From the NCBI GenBank assembly GCA_964016885.1, contig OZ024743.1:72044001-72108000 (forward strand): a stretch of 64,000 nucleotides of DNA, written 5' to 3'. The stretch's first letter is position 1; every line of letters starts with the position of its first letter. This stretch comes from Eledone cirrhosa. Lineage: Eukaryota. This document shows, in pieces, positions 1 through 10,710 of the stretch. The notes beneath the pieces are model-generated. The model searched no databases. It was not told the DNA's origin and worked only from the letters and a program-made list of their open reading frames with translations. The position numbers and the translations under genes were made by a program.

Positions 1-186
1 AGCTAACAAGCTTGAAACTAGTACATCGTTCCTGTGTCAGTGTTGAACAAAAAGGTGACGTGGTTGCCTTAACACCGTATGGCATAAATTCAGGCTGTTC
101 AGTTTGTTTACAAACGAACAAAGCGACGTTAGCGCCGCTAAACTGATACGTGCATATATGTATGTGTACCTGTATGCATATGTATA

Positions 187-236
<50 letters not shown>

Positions 237-672
237 CATGCTACTGTACGTCTGTATACATATATGTATGTACGTATACATGCATACTTACATTTAAGTG
301 AGTGCCATACTAAGAGTAAGAAATGAAATTTCGTTTTCATTTTGTTTCAATTTATCGTTTTCGGTATGCCTAACCGATTTAACTCACTCAATATGCAAAT
401 TAGGCTGCTCAGCCGTTAATTTTCATAAGGAAAGTATATACTTTCGAACGTTCAACTATCTGGCAGATGGGTAAACGGTGCTGATGATAGCTAACAAGCT
501 TGAAACTAGTACATCGTTCCTGTGTCAGTGTTGAACAAAAAGGTGACGTGGTTGCCTTAACACCGTATGGCATAAATTCAGGCTGTTCAGTTTGTTTACA
601 AACGAACAAAGCGACGTTAGCGCCGCTAAACTGATACGTGCATATATGTATGTGTGCCTGTGTGCATATGTA

Positions 673-703
<31 letters not shown>

Positions 704-1142
704 GTGCATGCTACTGTACGTCTGTATACATGTATGTATGTACGTATACATGCATACTTACATTTAGGTAAGTGCCATACTAAGAGTGAGAAATGAAATT
801 TCGTTTTCATTTTGTTTCAATTTATCGTTTTCGGTATGCCTAACCGATTTAACTCACTCAATATGCAAATTAGGCTGCTCAGCCGTTAATTTTCATAAGG
901 AAAGTATATACTTTCGAACGTTCAACTATCTGGCAGATGGGTAAACGGTGCTGATGATAGCTAACAAGCTTGAAACTAGTACATCGTTCCTGTGTCAGTG
1001 TTGAACAAAAAGGTGACGTGGTTGCCTTAACACCGTATGGCATAAATTCAGGCTGTTCAGTTTGTTTACAAACGAACAAAGCGACGTTAGCGCCGCTAAA
1101 CTGATACGTGCATATATGTATGTGTACCTGTATGCATATGTA

Positions 1143-1188
<46 letters not shown>

Positions 1189-2092
1189 CATGCTACTGTA
1201 CGTCTGTATACATATATGTATGTACGTATACATGCATACTTACATTTAAGTGAGTGCCATACTAAGAGTGAGAAATGAAATTTCGTTTTCATTTTGTTTC
1301 AATTTATCGTTTTCGGTATGCCTAACCGATTTAACTCACTCAATATGCAAATTAGGCTGCTCAGCCGTTAATTTTCATAAGGAAAGTATATACTTTCGAA
1401 CGTTCAACTATCTGGCAGATGGGTAAACGGTGCTGATGATAGCTAACAAGCTTGAAACTAGTACATCGTTCCTGTGTCAGTGTTGAACAAAAAGGTGACG
1501 TGGTTGCCTTAACACCGTATGGCATAAATTCAGGCTGTTCAGTTTGTTTACAAACGAACAAAGCGACGTTAGCGCCGCTAAACTGATACGTGCATATATG
1601 TATGTGTGCCTGTGTGCATATGTATATATGTGTGTATATATATATATATATATGTGCATGCTACTGTACGTCTGTATACATGTATGTATGTACGTATACA
1701 TGCATACTTACATTTAGGTAAGTGCCATACTAAGAGTGAGAAATGAAATTTCGTTTTCATTTTGTTTCAATTTATCGTTTTCGGTATGCCTAACCGATTT
1801 AACTCACTCAATATGCAAATTAGGCTGCTCAGCCGTTAATTTTCATAAGGAAAGTATATACTTTCGAACGTTCAACTATCTGGCAGATGGGTAAACGGTG
1901 CTGATGATAGCTAACAAGCTTGAAACTAGTACATCGTTCCTGTGTCAGTGTTGAACAAAAAGGTGACGTGGTTGCCTTAACACCGTATGGCATAAATTCA
2001 GGCTGTTCAGTTTGTTTACAAACGAACAAAGCGACGTTAGCGCCGCTAAACTGATACGTGCATATATGTATGTGTACCTGTATGCATATGTA

Positions 2093-2134
<42 letters not shown>

Positions 2135-2570
2135 CATGCTACTGTACGTCTGTATACATATATGTATGTACGTATACATGCATACTTACATTTAAGTGAG
2201 TGCCATACTAAGAGTGAGAAATGAAATTTCGTTTTCATTTTGTTTCAATTTATCGTTTTCGGTATGCCTAACCGATTTAACTCACTCAATATGCAAATTA
2301 GGCTGCTCAGCCGTTAATTTTCATAAGGAAAGTATATACTTTCGAACGTTCAACTATCTGGCAGATGGGTAAACGGTGCTGATGATAGCTAACAAGCTTG
2401 AAACTAGTACATCGTTCCTGTGTCAGTGTTGAACAAAAAGGTGACGTGGTTGCCTTAACACCGTATGGCATAAATTCAGGCTGTTCAGTTTGTTTACAAA
2501 CGAACAAAGCGACGTTAGCGCCGCTAAACTGATACGTGCATATATGTATGTGTACCTGTGTGCATATGTA

Positions 2571-2601
<31 letters not shown>

Positions 2602-3040
2602 GTGCATGCTACTGTACGTCTGTATACATGTATGTATGTACGTATACATGCATACTTACATTTAGGTAAGTGCCATACTAAGAGTGAGAAATGAAATTTC
2701 GTTTTCATTTTGTTTCAATTTATCGTTTTCGGTATGCCTAACCGATTTAACTCACTCAATATGCAAATTAGGCTGCTCAGCCGTTAATTTTCATAAGGAA
2801 AGTATATACTTTCGAACGTTCAACTATCTGGCAGATGGGTAAACGGTGCTGATGATAGCTAACAAGCTTGAAACTAGTACATCGTTCCTGTGTCAGTGTT
2901 GAACAAAAAGGTGACGTGGTTGCCTTAACACCGTATGGCATAAATTCAGGCTGTTCAGTTTGTTTACAAACGAACAAAGCGATGTTAGCGCCGCTAAACT
3001 GATACGTGCATATATGTATGTGTACCTGTATGCATATGTA

Positions 3041-3086
<46 letters not shown>

Positions 3087-3522
3087 CATGCTACTGTACG
3101 TCTGTATACATATATGTATGTACGTATACATGCATACTTACATTTAAGTGAGTGCCATACTAAGAGTGAGAAATGAAATTTCGTTTTCATTTTGTTTCAA
3201 TTTATCGTTTTCGGTATGCCTAACCGATTTAACTCACTCAATATGCAAATTAGGCTGCTCAGCCGTTAATTTTCATAAGGAAAGTATATACTTTCGAACG
3301 TTCAACTATCTGGCAGATGGGTAAACGGTGCTGATGATAGCTAACAAGCTTGAAACTAGTACATCGTTCCTGTGTCAGTGTTGAACAAAAAGGTGACGTG
3401 GTTGCCTTAACACCGTATGGCATAAATTCAGGCTGTTCAGTTTGTTTACAAACGAACAAAGCGACGTTAGCGCCGCTAAACTGATACGTGCATATATGTA
3501 TGTGTGCCTGTGTGCATATGTA

Positions 3523-3553
<31 letters not shown>

Positions 3554-3992
3554 GTGCATGCTACTGTACGTCTGTATACATGTATGTATGTACGTATACA
3601 TGCATACTTACATTTAGGTAAGTGCCATACTAAGAGTGAGAAATGAAATTTCGTTTTCATTTTGTTTCAATTTATCGTTTTCGGTATGCCTAACCGATTT
3701 AACTCACTCAATATGCAAATTAGGCTGCTCAGCCGTTAATTTTCATAAGGAAAGTATATACTTTCGAACGTTCAACTATCTGGCAGATGGGTAAACGGTG
3801 CTGATGATAGCTAACAAGCTTGAAACTAGTACATCGTTCCTGTGTCAGTGTTGAACAAAAAGGTGACGTGGTTGCCTTAACACCGTATGGCATAAATTCA
3901 GGCTGTTCAGTTTGTTTACAAACGAACAAAGCGACGTTAGCGCCGCTAAACTGATACGTGCATATATGTATGTGTACCTGTATGCATATGTA

Positions 3993-4034
<42 letters not shown>

Positions 4035-4470
4035 CATGCTACTGTACGTCTGTATACATATATGTATGTACGTATACATGCATACTTACATTTAAGTGAG
4101 TGCCATACTAAGAGTGAGAAATGAAATTTCGTTTTCATTTTGTTTCAATTTATCGTTTTCGGTATGCCTAACCGATTTAACTCACTCAATATGCAAATTA
4201 GGCTGCTCAGCCGTTAATTTTCATAAGGAAAGTATATACTTTCGAACGTTCAACTATCTGGCAGATGGGTAAACGGTGCTGATGATAGCTAACAAGCTTG
4301 AAACTAGTACATCGTTCCTGTGTCAGTGTTGAACAAAAAGGTGACGTGGTTGCCTTAACACCGTATGGCATAAATTCAGGCTGTTCAGTTTGTTTACAAA
4401 CGAACAAAGCGACGTTAGCGCCGCTAAACTGATACGTGCATATATGTATGTGTGCCTGTGTGCATATGTA

Positions 4471-4501
<31 letters not shown>

Positions 4502-4564
4502 GTGCATGCTACTGTACGTCTGTATACATGTATGTATGTACGTATACATGCATACTTACATTTA
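1..4564 (+). repeat. ~475-bp tandem array (9 full monomers plus a partial, open at the window start), alternating A/B monomers, each with a hammerhead motif; candidate retrozyme array
   Basis: AGCTAACAAG recurs at 1, 489, 959, 1441, 1909, 2387, 2857, 3339, 3809 and 4287 (periods 488/470/482/468/478/470/482/470/478). Length differences lie in an internal (TA)n. The array ends in (TA)n at about 4564. Confidence 0.97.
474..518 (+). ncRNA. Minimal type I hammerhead ribozyme motif (first complete copy; identical cores at 951, 1433, 1901, 2379, 2849, 3331, 3801, 4279; 3' half at 1-30)
   Basis: Stem I AACGGTG(474-480)/CATCGTT(512-518), 7 bp with one G-U. Core CTGATGA 481-487. Stem II AGCT-aaca-AGCT flanked by T/T. 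GAAA 502-505, palindromic CTAG loop, U510, predicted cleavage after GUA at 511. Confidence 0.82.
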
Positions 4565-5124
4565 TATATATACACACATACACATATACATATATATATA
4601 GTAATATATATGAATGCGTATACAGATATGTTATCGGCTATTAGATATATGAAATGCATTATACATGTTTATTACATGTTAGGCTAATAGGCTCAGTCCT
4701 GAAATAATTTATTTTATCTGCTCTGGTATAAAGAAAACTAGCCAATAAATACATCTTATTTCTACAGCATCAATTCACAGGGTATGGACATTAATGACGG
4801 GTGGTAGATTGGGCAGATGTGTTGAGTACAAGAGGAGATACCTGGCAATATATGTTTCAGCCCCTTGAGTTCGCTTGCGAGAACGCTGGTATCAAACTGT
4901 ATCGTTCTTTGTTTTTGTATTGGATAATATCAGTAGTGGAGAGAGAAGATCTGCCTACATGAACAACCACCCCTATTTTGCCTTTGCATAAGCCCCTAAC
5001 TCCTGATTGACTCATAGGGGTTCTGTAGGGACATATAGCCTGTCCTGAACATTTAAACATGGTGGAAACTTTCAGAGAAAGCGATAGCTAAACCGAAAGA
5101 TTAAAGTGATAAAGAGATATTGTA

Positions 5125-5235
5125 TACCCCGATAAGATGAAAGGCAAAGATGACCTAAGCGGCATTTGAGTTGAGAGTAGAGAGACATGGAACGACTACT
5201 GGAAAGTATTCTCTTCAACGCCCCAGTGACTTTCA
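5125..5235 (-). mobile_element. Degenerate tRNA-derived SINE fragment (same family as 7541-7720)
   Basis: GATGAAAGGCAAAGATGACCT...ATTTGAGTTGAGA matches the family motif GGATGAAAGGCAAAGTTAACCT...TTTGAACTCAGA. Confidence 0.6.
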
Positions 5236-5953
5236 AAATTCGTTGCCATGTCTTCAATTTGTATTAAAAATTGCACCGAATCTACAGTGTTCCTTCTAAA
5301 CTTGCTTTCACAGGGTATGGACATTAATGGACATCAACTGTGACTGATGTTATCGTTCTTGCTTTCTATATTCATCACATTCTATCGCCAATTTCTCTCA
5401 TCTACTTCGTCCAAAACCCGTCTTTCACTTTTTCGTGTCTACTAGTAAAATACTATCTGCTCCACTCACCAGGTCATAAAGGCCGTATTTTTATTTCGTT
5501 TGGAATCGTTGTCCCCTGTCTTGTCATAATTGCTATCAGGTTAATGATTGGGGGCTTTTAATTGAAGACAACTCTGTCATCTTGTATGTTTTGGTTATTT
5601 CATCTCAAACACGTGTCTCCCATTTTCCTTCATCTCATTCCTGTCAGTTGCCGGTGTTATCTAGCGATTTCACTCCTGTCGCTAGTCCAACCAGGGCAGT
5701 GATTAGTCTATGATTACTAAACCATCTCGTCCTAGCTATTATTTCTCTTAGCCTGATTATTATATGTGGGACGTTTGGCTTACCACCAATAATAAACGAA
5801 AGACTTAAGCATATAAATGTCACAGCGAGAAAGGATGACTACTTCTCTCCATCTCCCCCCTCTCTCTATATATACACACACACACACAGACCCATACACA
5901 CACACACACACACACACACATATGTATATATATATGTATGTAAATATATATAT

Positions 5954-6260
5954 TACTATACTTGGGGAGGGTCATATTATTGTAATAATATTGCCAGAAA
6001 TAATAACACTCACTGTTTGGTTGGTTTTCGCTTCTGATGATGTTGCAGATGTGCAACGAAAGAACTTTGATAGACTATATATATATATATTTATATCTGT
6101 ATTTTTAACCGTTGTTCAATCAATGATTAACGTTGATTGCCAAATAAATTAACTATGGAGATATAAAAGATACAGAAGCGAAAACCAACCAAACAGTGAA
6201 TGTGTTCTGTTATTATTTCTGACAATATTATTACAACAATATGCCCCTCCCCAAGTATAA
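5954..6260. repeat. Imperfect inverted repeat (~85-bp arms) between (TA)n-rich tracts; probable Penelope-like fold-back relic with a decayed hammerhead core at 6034-6061
   Basis: 5954-6036 (ATACTTGGGGAGG...TTTTCGCTTCTG) is the reverse complement of ~6173-6260. CTGATGA-t-GTTGCA-gatg-TGCAAC-GAAA lies at 6034-6061. Confidence 0.75.
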
Positions 6261-6315
6261 CAATATTTGTTTCGACACATGATTTTATACATATATATAC
6301 ATATATATATATATA

Positions 6316-6744
6316 AGAAAGTAAGTCCATAGAATCATTTGATAAAATATATACTGTATTTCTTCTCCCAATCAGCATAATTATCCACACAAAAAATCAA
6401 TTAAACGAGGCTATAGGTTTAAAATGTACCTATGAAGAAACAATAGATAAATAATTTTGGCATGTTTATGTACATTTTTTCTTCTAACTTTGATTTTGTA
6501 CCTAATTGTGTATGGTTGACTATATGTCTAATCAATTTCTACGAGCTATTAGAATTACTAGGTAAAGCTTCTGTGGCTGTTGATCGTGGATAAAATAGCT
6601 ATCATTTATTTATCTATTGTTTCTTCAGAGGTACATTTTAAACTTATAGCCTCGTTAAATTTATTTTTTGTGTGGTTAATTATGCTGATTGGGAGAAGAA
6701 ATACTGTATATATTTTATCAAATGATTCTATGGACTTACTTTCT
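6316..6744. repeat. Inverted repeat, ~138-bp arms, ~150-bp spacer
   Basis: AGAAAGTAAGTCCATAGAATC...AATAGATAAATAA (6316-6453) is the near-perfect reverse complement of 6606-6744, and follows a (TA)n tract. Confidence 0.9.
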
Positions 6745-6874
6745 GGTATATTGCTCTGATTGTTCATTATTTAATTAATTAGTTCGTCATTGAGCTACAC
6801 CCTGAATAGTTGCCAAAAACACATATGTATATCTATGGCTCTGTCTAGTTTATGTATATGTAAATCTATATATT

Positions 6875-7172
<298 letters not shown>

Positions 7173-7365
7173 GTATGTGTATTCATGCAGAAAGAAAAAA
7201 GTGTCATACTGTACACCTAGGTCAGAGCGGTGTTTCGGCTGCGCCACGCGGACAACATTGCAAAGGCCAGCGACATTCGCAGCCGCAGCCACTTTCAATC
7301 CCAGGTCTATTTCCTATAAGTAAATATATGTATGTACATGTATTTATATATATATATATATGTGA

Positions 7366-7437
<72 letters not shown>

Positions 7438-7540
7438 CCTTAAACATGGATCAAAAACTGCACGCAATATTTTTGTGCCTGATTAGAACACTTTTATTTA
7501 ACCTGATTTATCTCATCCGTTGGAAATATATGAATATATA

Positions 7541-7720
7541 ATTGTTTCTACTTTTGGCACAAGGCCAGCAATTATCCCACTGCATTACTGGTACTTTATT
7601 TTATCTACCCCGTACGGATGAAAGGCAAAGTTAACCTTCGCGTGGTTTGAACTCAGACCGTAAAGGGACGTAACTTATGCTGGAAAGCATGGCGTCCGAC
7701 GTTCTACTGATTCTGCCAAT
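7541..7720 (-). mobile_element. tRNA-derived SINE (octopod-type family)
   Basis: Colinear with copies at 9678-9859 and 10082-10262. The minus strand has a B-box-like GAGTTCAAACC, body CTTTGCCTTTCATCC and 3' end GGCCTTGTGCCAAAAGTAGAAACAAT. Confidence 0.85.
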
Positions 7721-8660
7721 ATAATATAACTATTTATTTGAGACGTTTGTTTAGATTAGAATCCTATCTCTTAGGTAATTTATCTCATATCTGTTTGAGG
7801 GTGTGCGGTCACCTATTCCCAAATTGACTCCATATTTAGAATACAATTATTTCATTCGGTTCTTACTTGAACCAGAAATGATAAACCGAAAGTGACGACA
7901 CATTTTCACTAGCAACCATTTTCATCCCCACCTTCTTATTGATATGTATATAGTAGAATGTCATTTATCATCATATTCTCACCTGACGTTTTACATCTAT
8001 GCATAAAGCCAATATTAATATATCTTGAAATATCCCGTAGGAATCTCATAAATACTGTCATAGTACTGGGTGAAATATTCGTCATATCGTTATAAACTAC
8101 GAATTTCAATTAATCTTTAGTTTTCGTCGTTGTTGTTTTGTAGTTAGAGGTTAAACATGATCGAGCCTAATAAAGATATACTAAGAGTAGACCAAAAGAG
8201 AAGAAGCGAGTCACTGTAAACTTCAACATTGAGCCATGAGACAGCCCTGAGTAGATAGCATTTTGGAAAATGCAACAGGTAACCATACGACAGTGTTGAT
8301 TATCGAGAAAAACCCGGGTACATAGCATTTTCTCGTCCACCTTCTAGTTTATTTATTTACGGCTATATGGTCGAGGGATGTTCACCGCTGTGGTGGACAA
8401 GGTGCAATCTGCCAGATGATGATAGCTATTTACTCTCTTCATATATTATTATTGCTGGCCTTGTGTCTAAATAAGAAACCGTTATTGGTGTGAAAAATAT
8501 TTGAAGCTAATGAACCTTTGGATGGTGCAGCTATGACCATATTGAAATGATGACAATCGTTTTTCTATTATATTTCTTGAACTCAGAGATTTCGGAAAAT
8601 TCAAGATATTTATATATCGTTCAACTTTATAAATAAAACTAACCTACTGCACAAGTCAAG

Positions 8661-8800
8661 CCGCATGGCTTAGTGATTAGAGCATTGGGCTTGCTATCGA
8701 AAGGTTGTGAGTTCAAATCTTGGTCCGGGTGATGTGTTGTTTCCTTGAGTAAGACACATATTTCACGTTGCTCCAGTTTACTCAGCTGTAGAAATGAGAT
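8661..8800 (+). mobile_element. tRNA-headed SINE of a second family with a conserved central TCCTTGAGxAAGAC motif
   Basis: A-box-like TGGCTTAGTGATTAG, B-box-like GAGTTCAAATC, then TCCTTGAGTAAGACAC...TTGCTCCAGTTTACTCAGCTG; homologous to 10372-10510. Confidence 0.7.
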
Positions 8801-9201
8801 GATAGGACAGGGGTCCGTATCATTAAATCAATCAAGACACCTCCAACGAGATATACCTTGGAGGAGGCCAGCTAAACCTGCATAGGTGTGAGCAATCACA
8901 CACATACACACACCGCACAATAATCACCGTCTCTGATATTGTTTTACTAAACATAAATTAACACAGACACACGCATACATCATAAACATGCACAAGCACG
9001 AGCAAGCTAATGTACGCGTACACAGATGCACGCACCTAAATGCACGAACACACTTTAATTGCTTACTTGATGTAACACCTTATAACAATCTATAATCTGC
9101 GGGTATGGAATAAATTAGAAAATAACAATTTGAATTCACACCATGTGTCGCCACTGTCTGCGACTGATAAAAATGAACAATTATATCGATGCAGTGATTA
9201 T

Positions 9202-9237
9202 CTGTGACTTTTATACACGTGTGTATAAAAGTCACAG
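9202..9237. repeat. Near-perfect 36-bp palindrome
   Basis: CTGTGACTTTTATACAC-gt-GTGTATAAAAGTCACAG. Confidence 0.9.
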
Positions 9238-9677
9238 CTATATGCTGCAATGTTGAACTTGTGCATACATCTGACGAATAACGTTTCTTGATAAGTAAAT
9301 TAAATTATATTTCTCTTAACTTAATTTGATTATAAATCACATAAGGACGCTATATTGGGAAACTATATTATCTTGTAAGTTTAGTTAAGGAAACAAAAGA
9401 AACATAGAGGCAATTATAGAATTTACGTACAGAAAAAGCAATTGAAGAAAATAAAAATAGAAGGCGACCAATAGTGAAGTCAAAGTTAAAATAATAAATG
9501 AGAAGCTGAAAAAAATAATCTAGATAATAAAAAGGGTTTAATTATTTATTTATACTTACAATGAATTTGCAATGACTTGTTTCTCTCGAACTTAACGACA
9601 TAAGTTGAATGTTAAAATATTTGTGAACAGTTTCAACCTGACAGTCTCTAATACATTTTCACGAAAGCTATCAATAA

Positions 9678-9859
9678 TTGTTTCTACTTTTGGCACAAGG
9701 CCAGCAATTATACTAGTGTATTACTGGTACTTTATTTTATCCATCCCGTAAGGATGAAAGGCAAAGTTAACCTCGGCGGAAGTTGAACTCAGACCATAAA
9801 GGGCCGTAACTCTTTGCTGCAAAGCATGGAGTCCGCCCCTCTACCGATACTGCCAATCC
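9678..9859 (-). mobile_element. tRNA-derived SINE with 9-bp target-site duplication
   Basis: Same family as 7541-7720; ATCAATAAT at 9670-9678 and 9860-9868. Confidence 0.88.
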
Positions 9860-9949
9860 ATCAATAATGAGTCTTCTACAGGATGTGTTTCATTTTATGG
9901 TACATTGGGATTGATCAATGTCTCCGTCTTAATTTTGAGTAATTTCATT

Positions 9950-10350
9950 CGTGGATTGACAAAATTGGTAGAGCGTCGGACAACATGATTTTTGGCCTAG
10001 AGCTACTGCCCTTTATGTCCTGAGTTCAAATCCTTCTGACATTAACTTTGCATTTCATTCTTACCGGGTCGATAAAATAATTGTTTTTACTTTTGGCACA
10101 AGGCCAACAATTATTCCAGTACATTACTGGTACTTTATTTTTATCGACCCCCGTAAGGATGAAAGGCAAAGTGAACCTCCGTGGGATTTGAACTCAGACT
10201 ATAAAGGGGCGTAACTCTAGGCTGCAAAGCATGGCGTCCGACCTTCTACCGATACAGCCACTCCCCCCCCCCCCCTCGATAAAATAATGTCTATTTAATC
10301 GAATCCCTCCGGCTAAAATTGTTAGCCTTCTGCCTATGTAAGAAATCTTT
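9950..10350 (+). mobile_element. Older SINE copy (+), split by a younger SINE insertion
   Basis: The 5' part (TTGGTAGAGCGTCGGAC...TGAGTTCAAATCC...CTTTGCATTTCATTC...GTCGATAAAATAA) resumes after 10288 with the family 3' end (AAATTGTTAGCCTTCTGCCTATGTAAGAAA). Confidence 0.75.
10082..10275 (-). mobile_element. tRNA-derived SINE nested in another SINE, 13-bp TSD
   Basis: TCGATAAAATAAT at 10069-10081 and 10276-10288; body colinear with 9678-9859. Confidence 0.88.
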
Positions 10351-10371
10351 ATTGGTTTAAGTTACAGATGA

Positions 10372-10710
10372 ATGAAGGCGCTTGGCATTGTCATTAGATG
10401 TTTTCAGCTTATGTTCGTTAGGTTGTAAGGCTAATTCATGGCCCTGGTGGCACATTGTGACCTTGAGCAAGACTCGTTATTTAAAGTTGTTCCAGTCCAT
10501 TCAGCTGACACAAAATGATGTGAACCTGTATATCAAGGAACCAGACTTATTACAGTATCATGTTGAGTCACCTTGAGAACTATGTTAAAGGTGCACGTGT
10601 CTGTGGAAGGTTCAGCAATTTAGAGATTAATTTCATAAGCAGACGGTAGTTGCGTCGATTAAATCACCAGGAACACTGGTCGACGAAAACGACAGAGATC
10701 TAACAGCACC
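10372..10710 (+). mobile_element. Degenerate SINE of the second family, including its probable 3' tail
   Basis: TGTGACCTTGAGCAAGAC...TTGTTCCAGTCCATTCAGCTG, homologous to 8661-8800. Confidence 0.6.

Noticed and set aside
409-4659. Repeated 116-150 aa minus-strand ORFs (MKTKFHF...KING)
   Set aside because: They run through a (TA)n tract whose length changes shift the frame between monomers, and show no recognisable domain. The structured signal is on the opposite strand.
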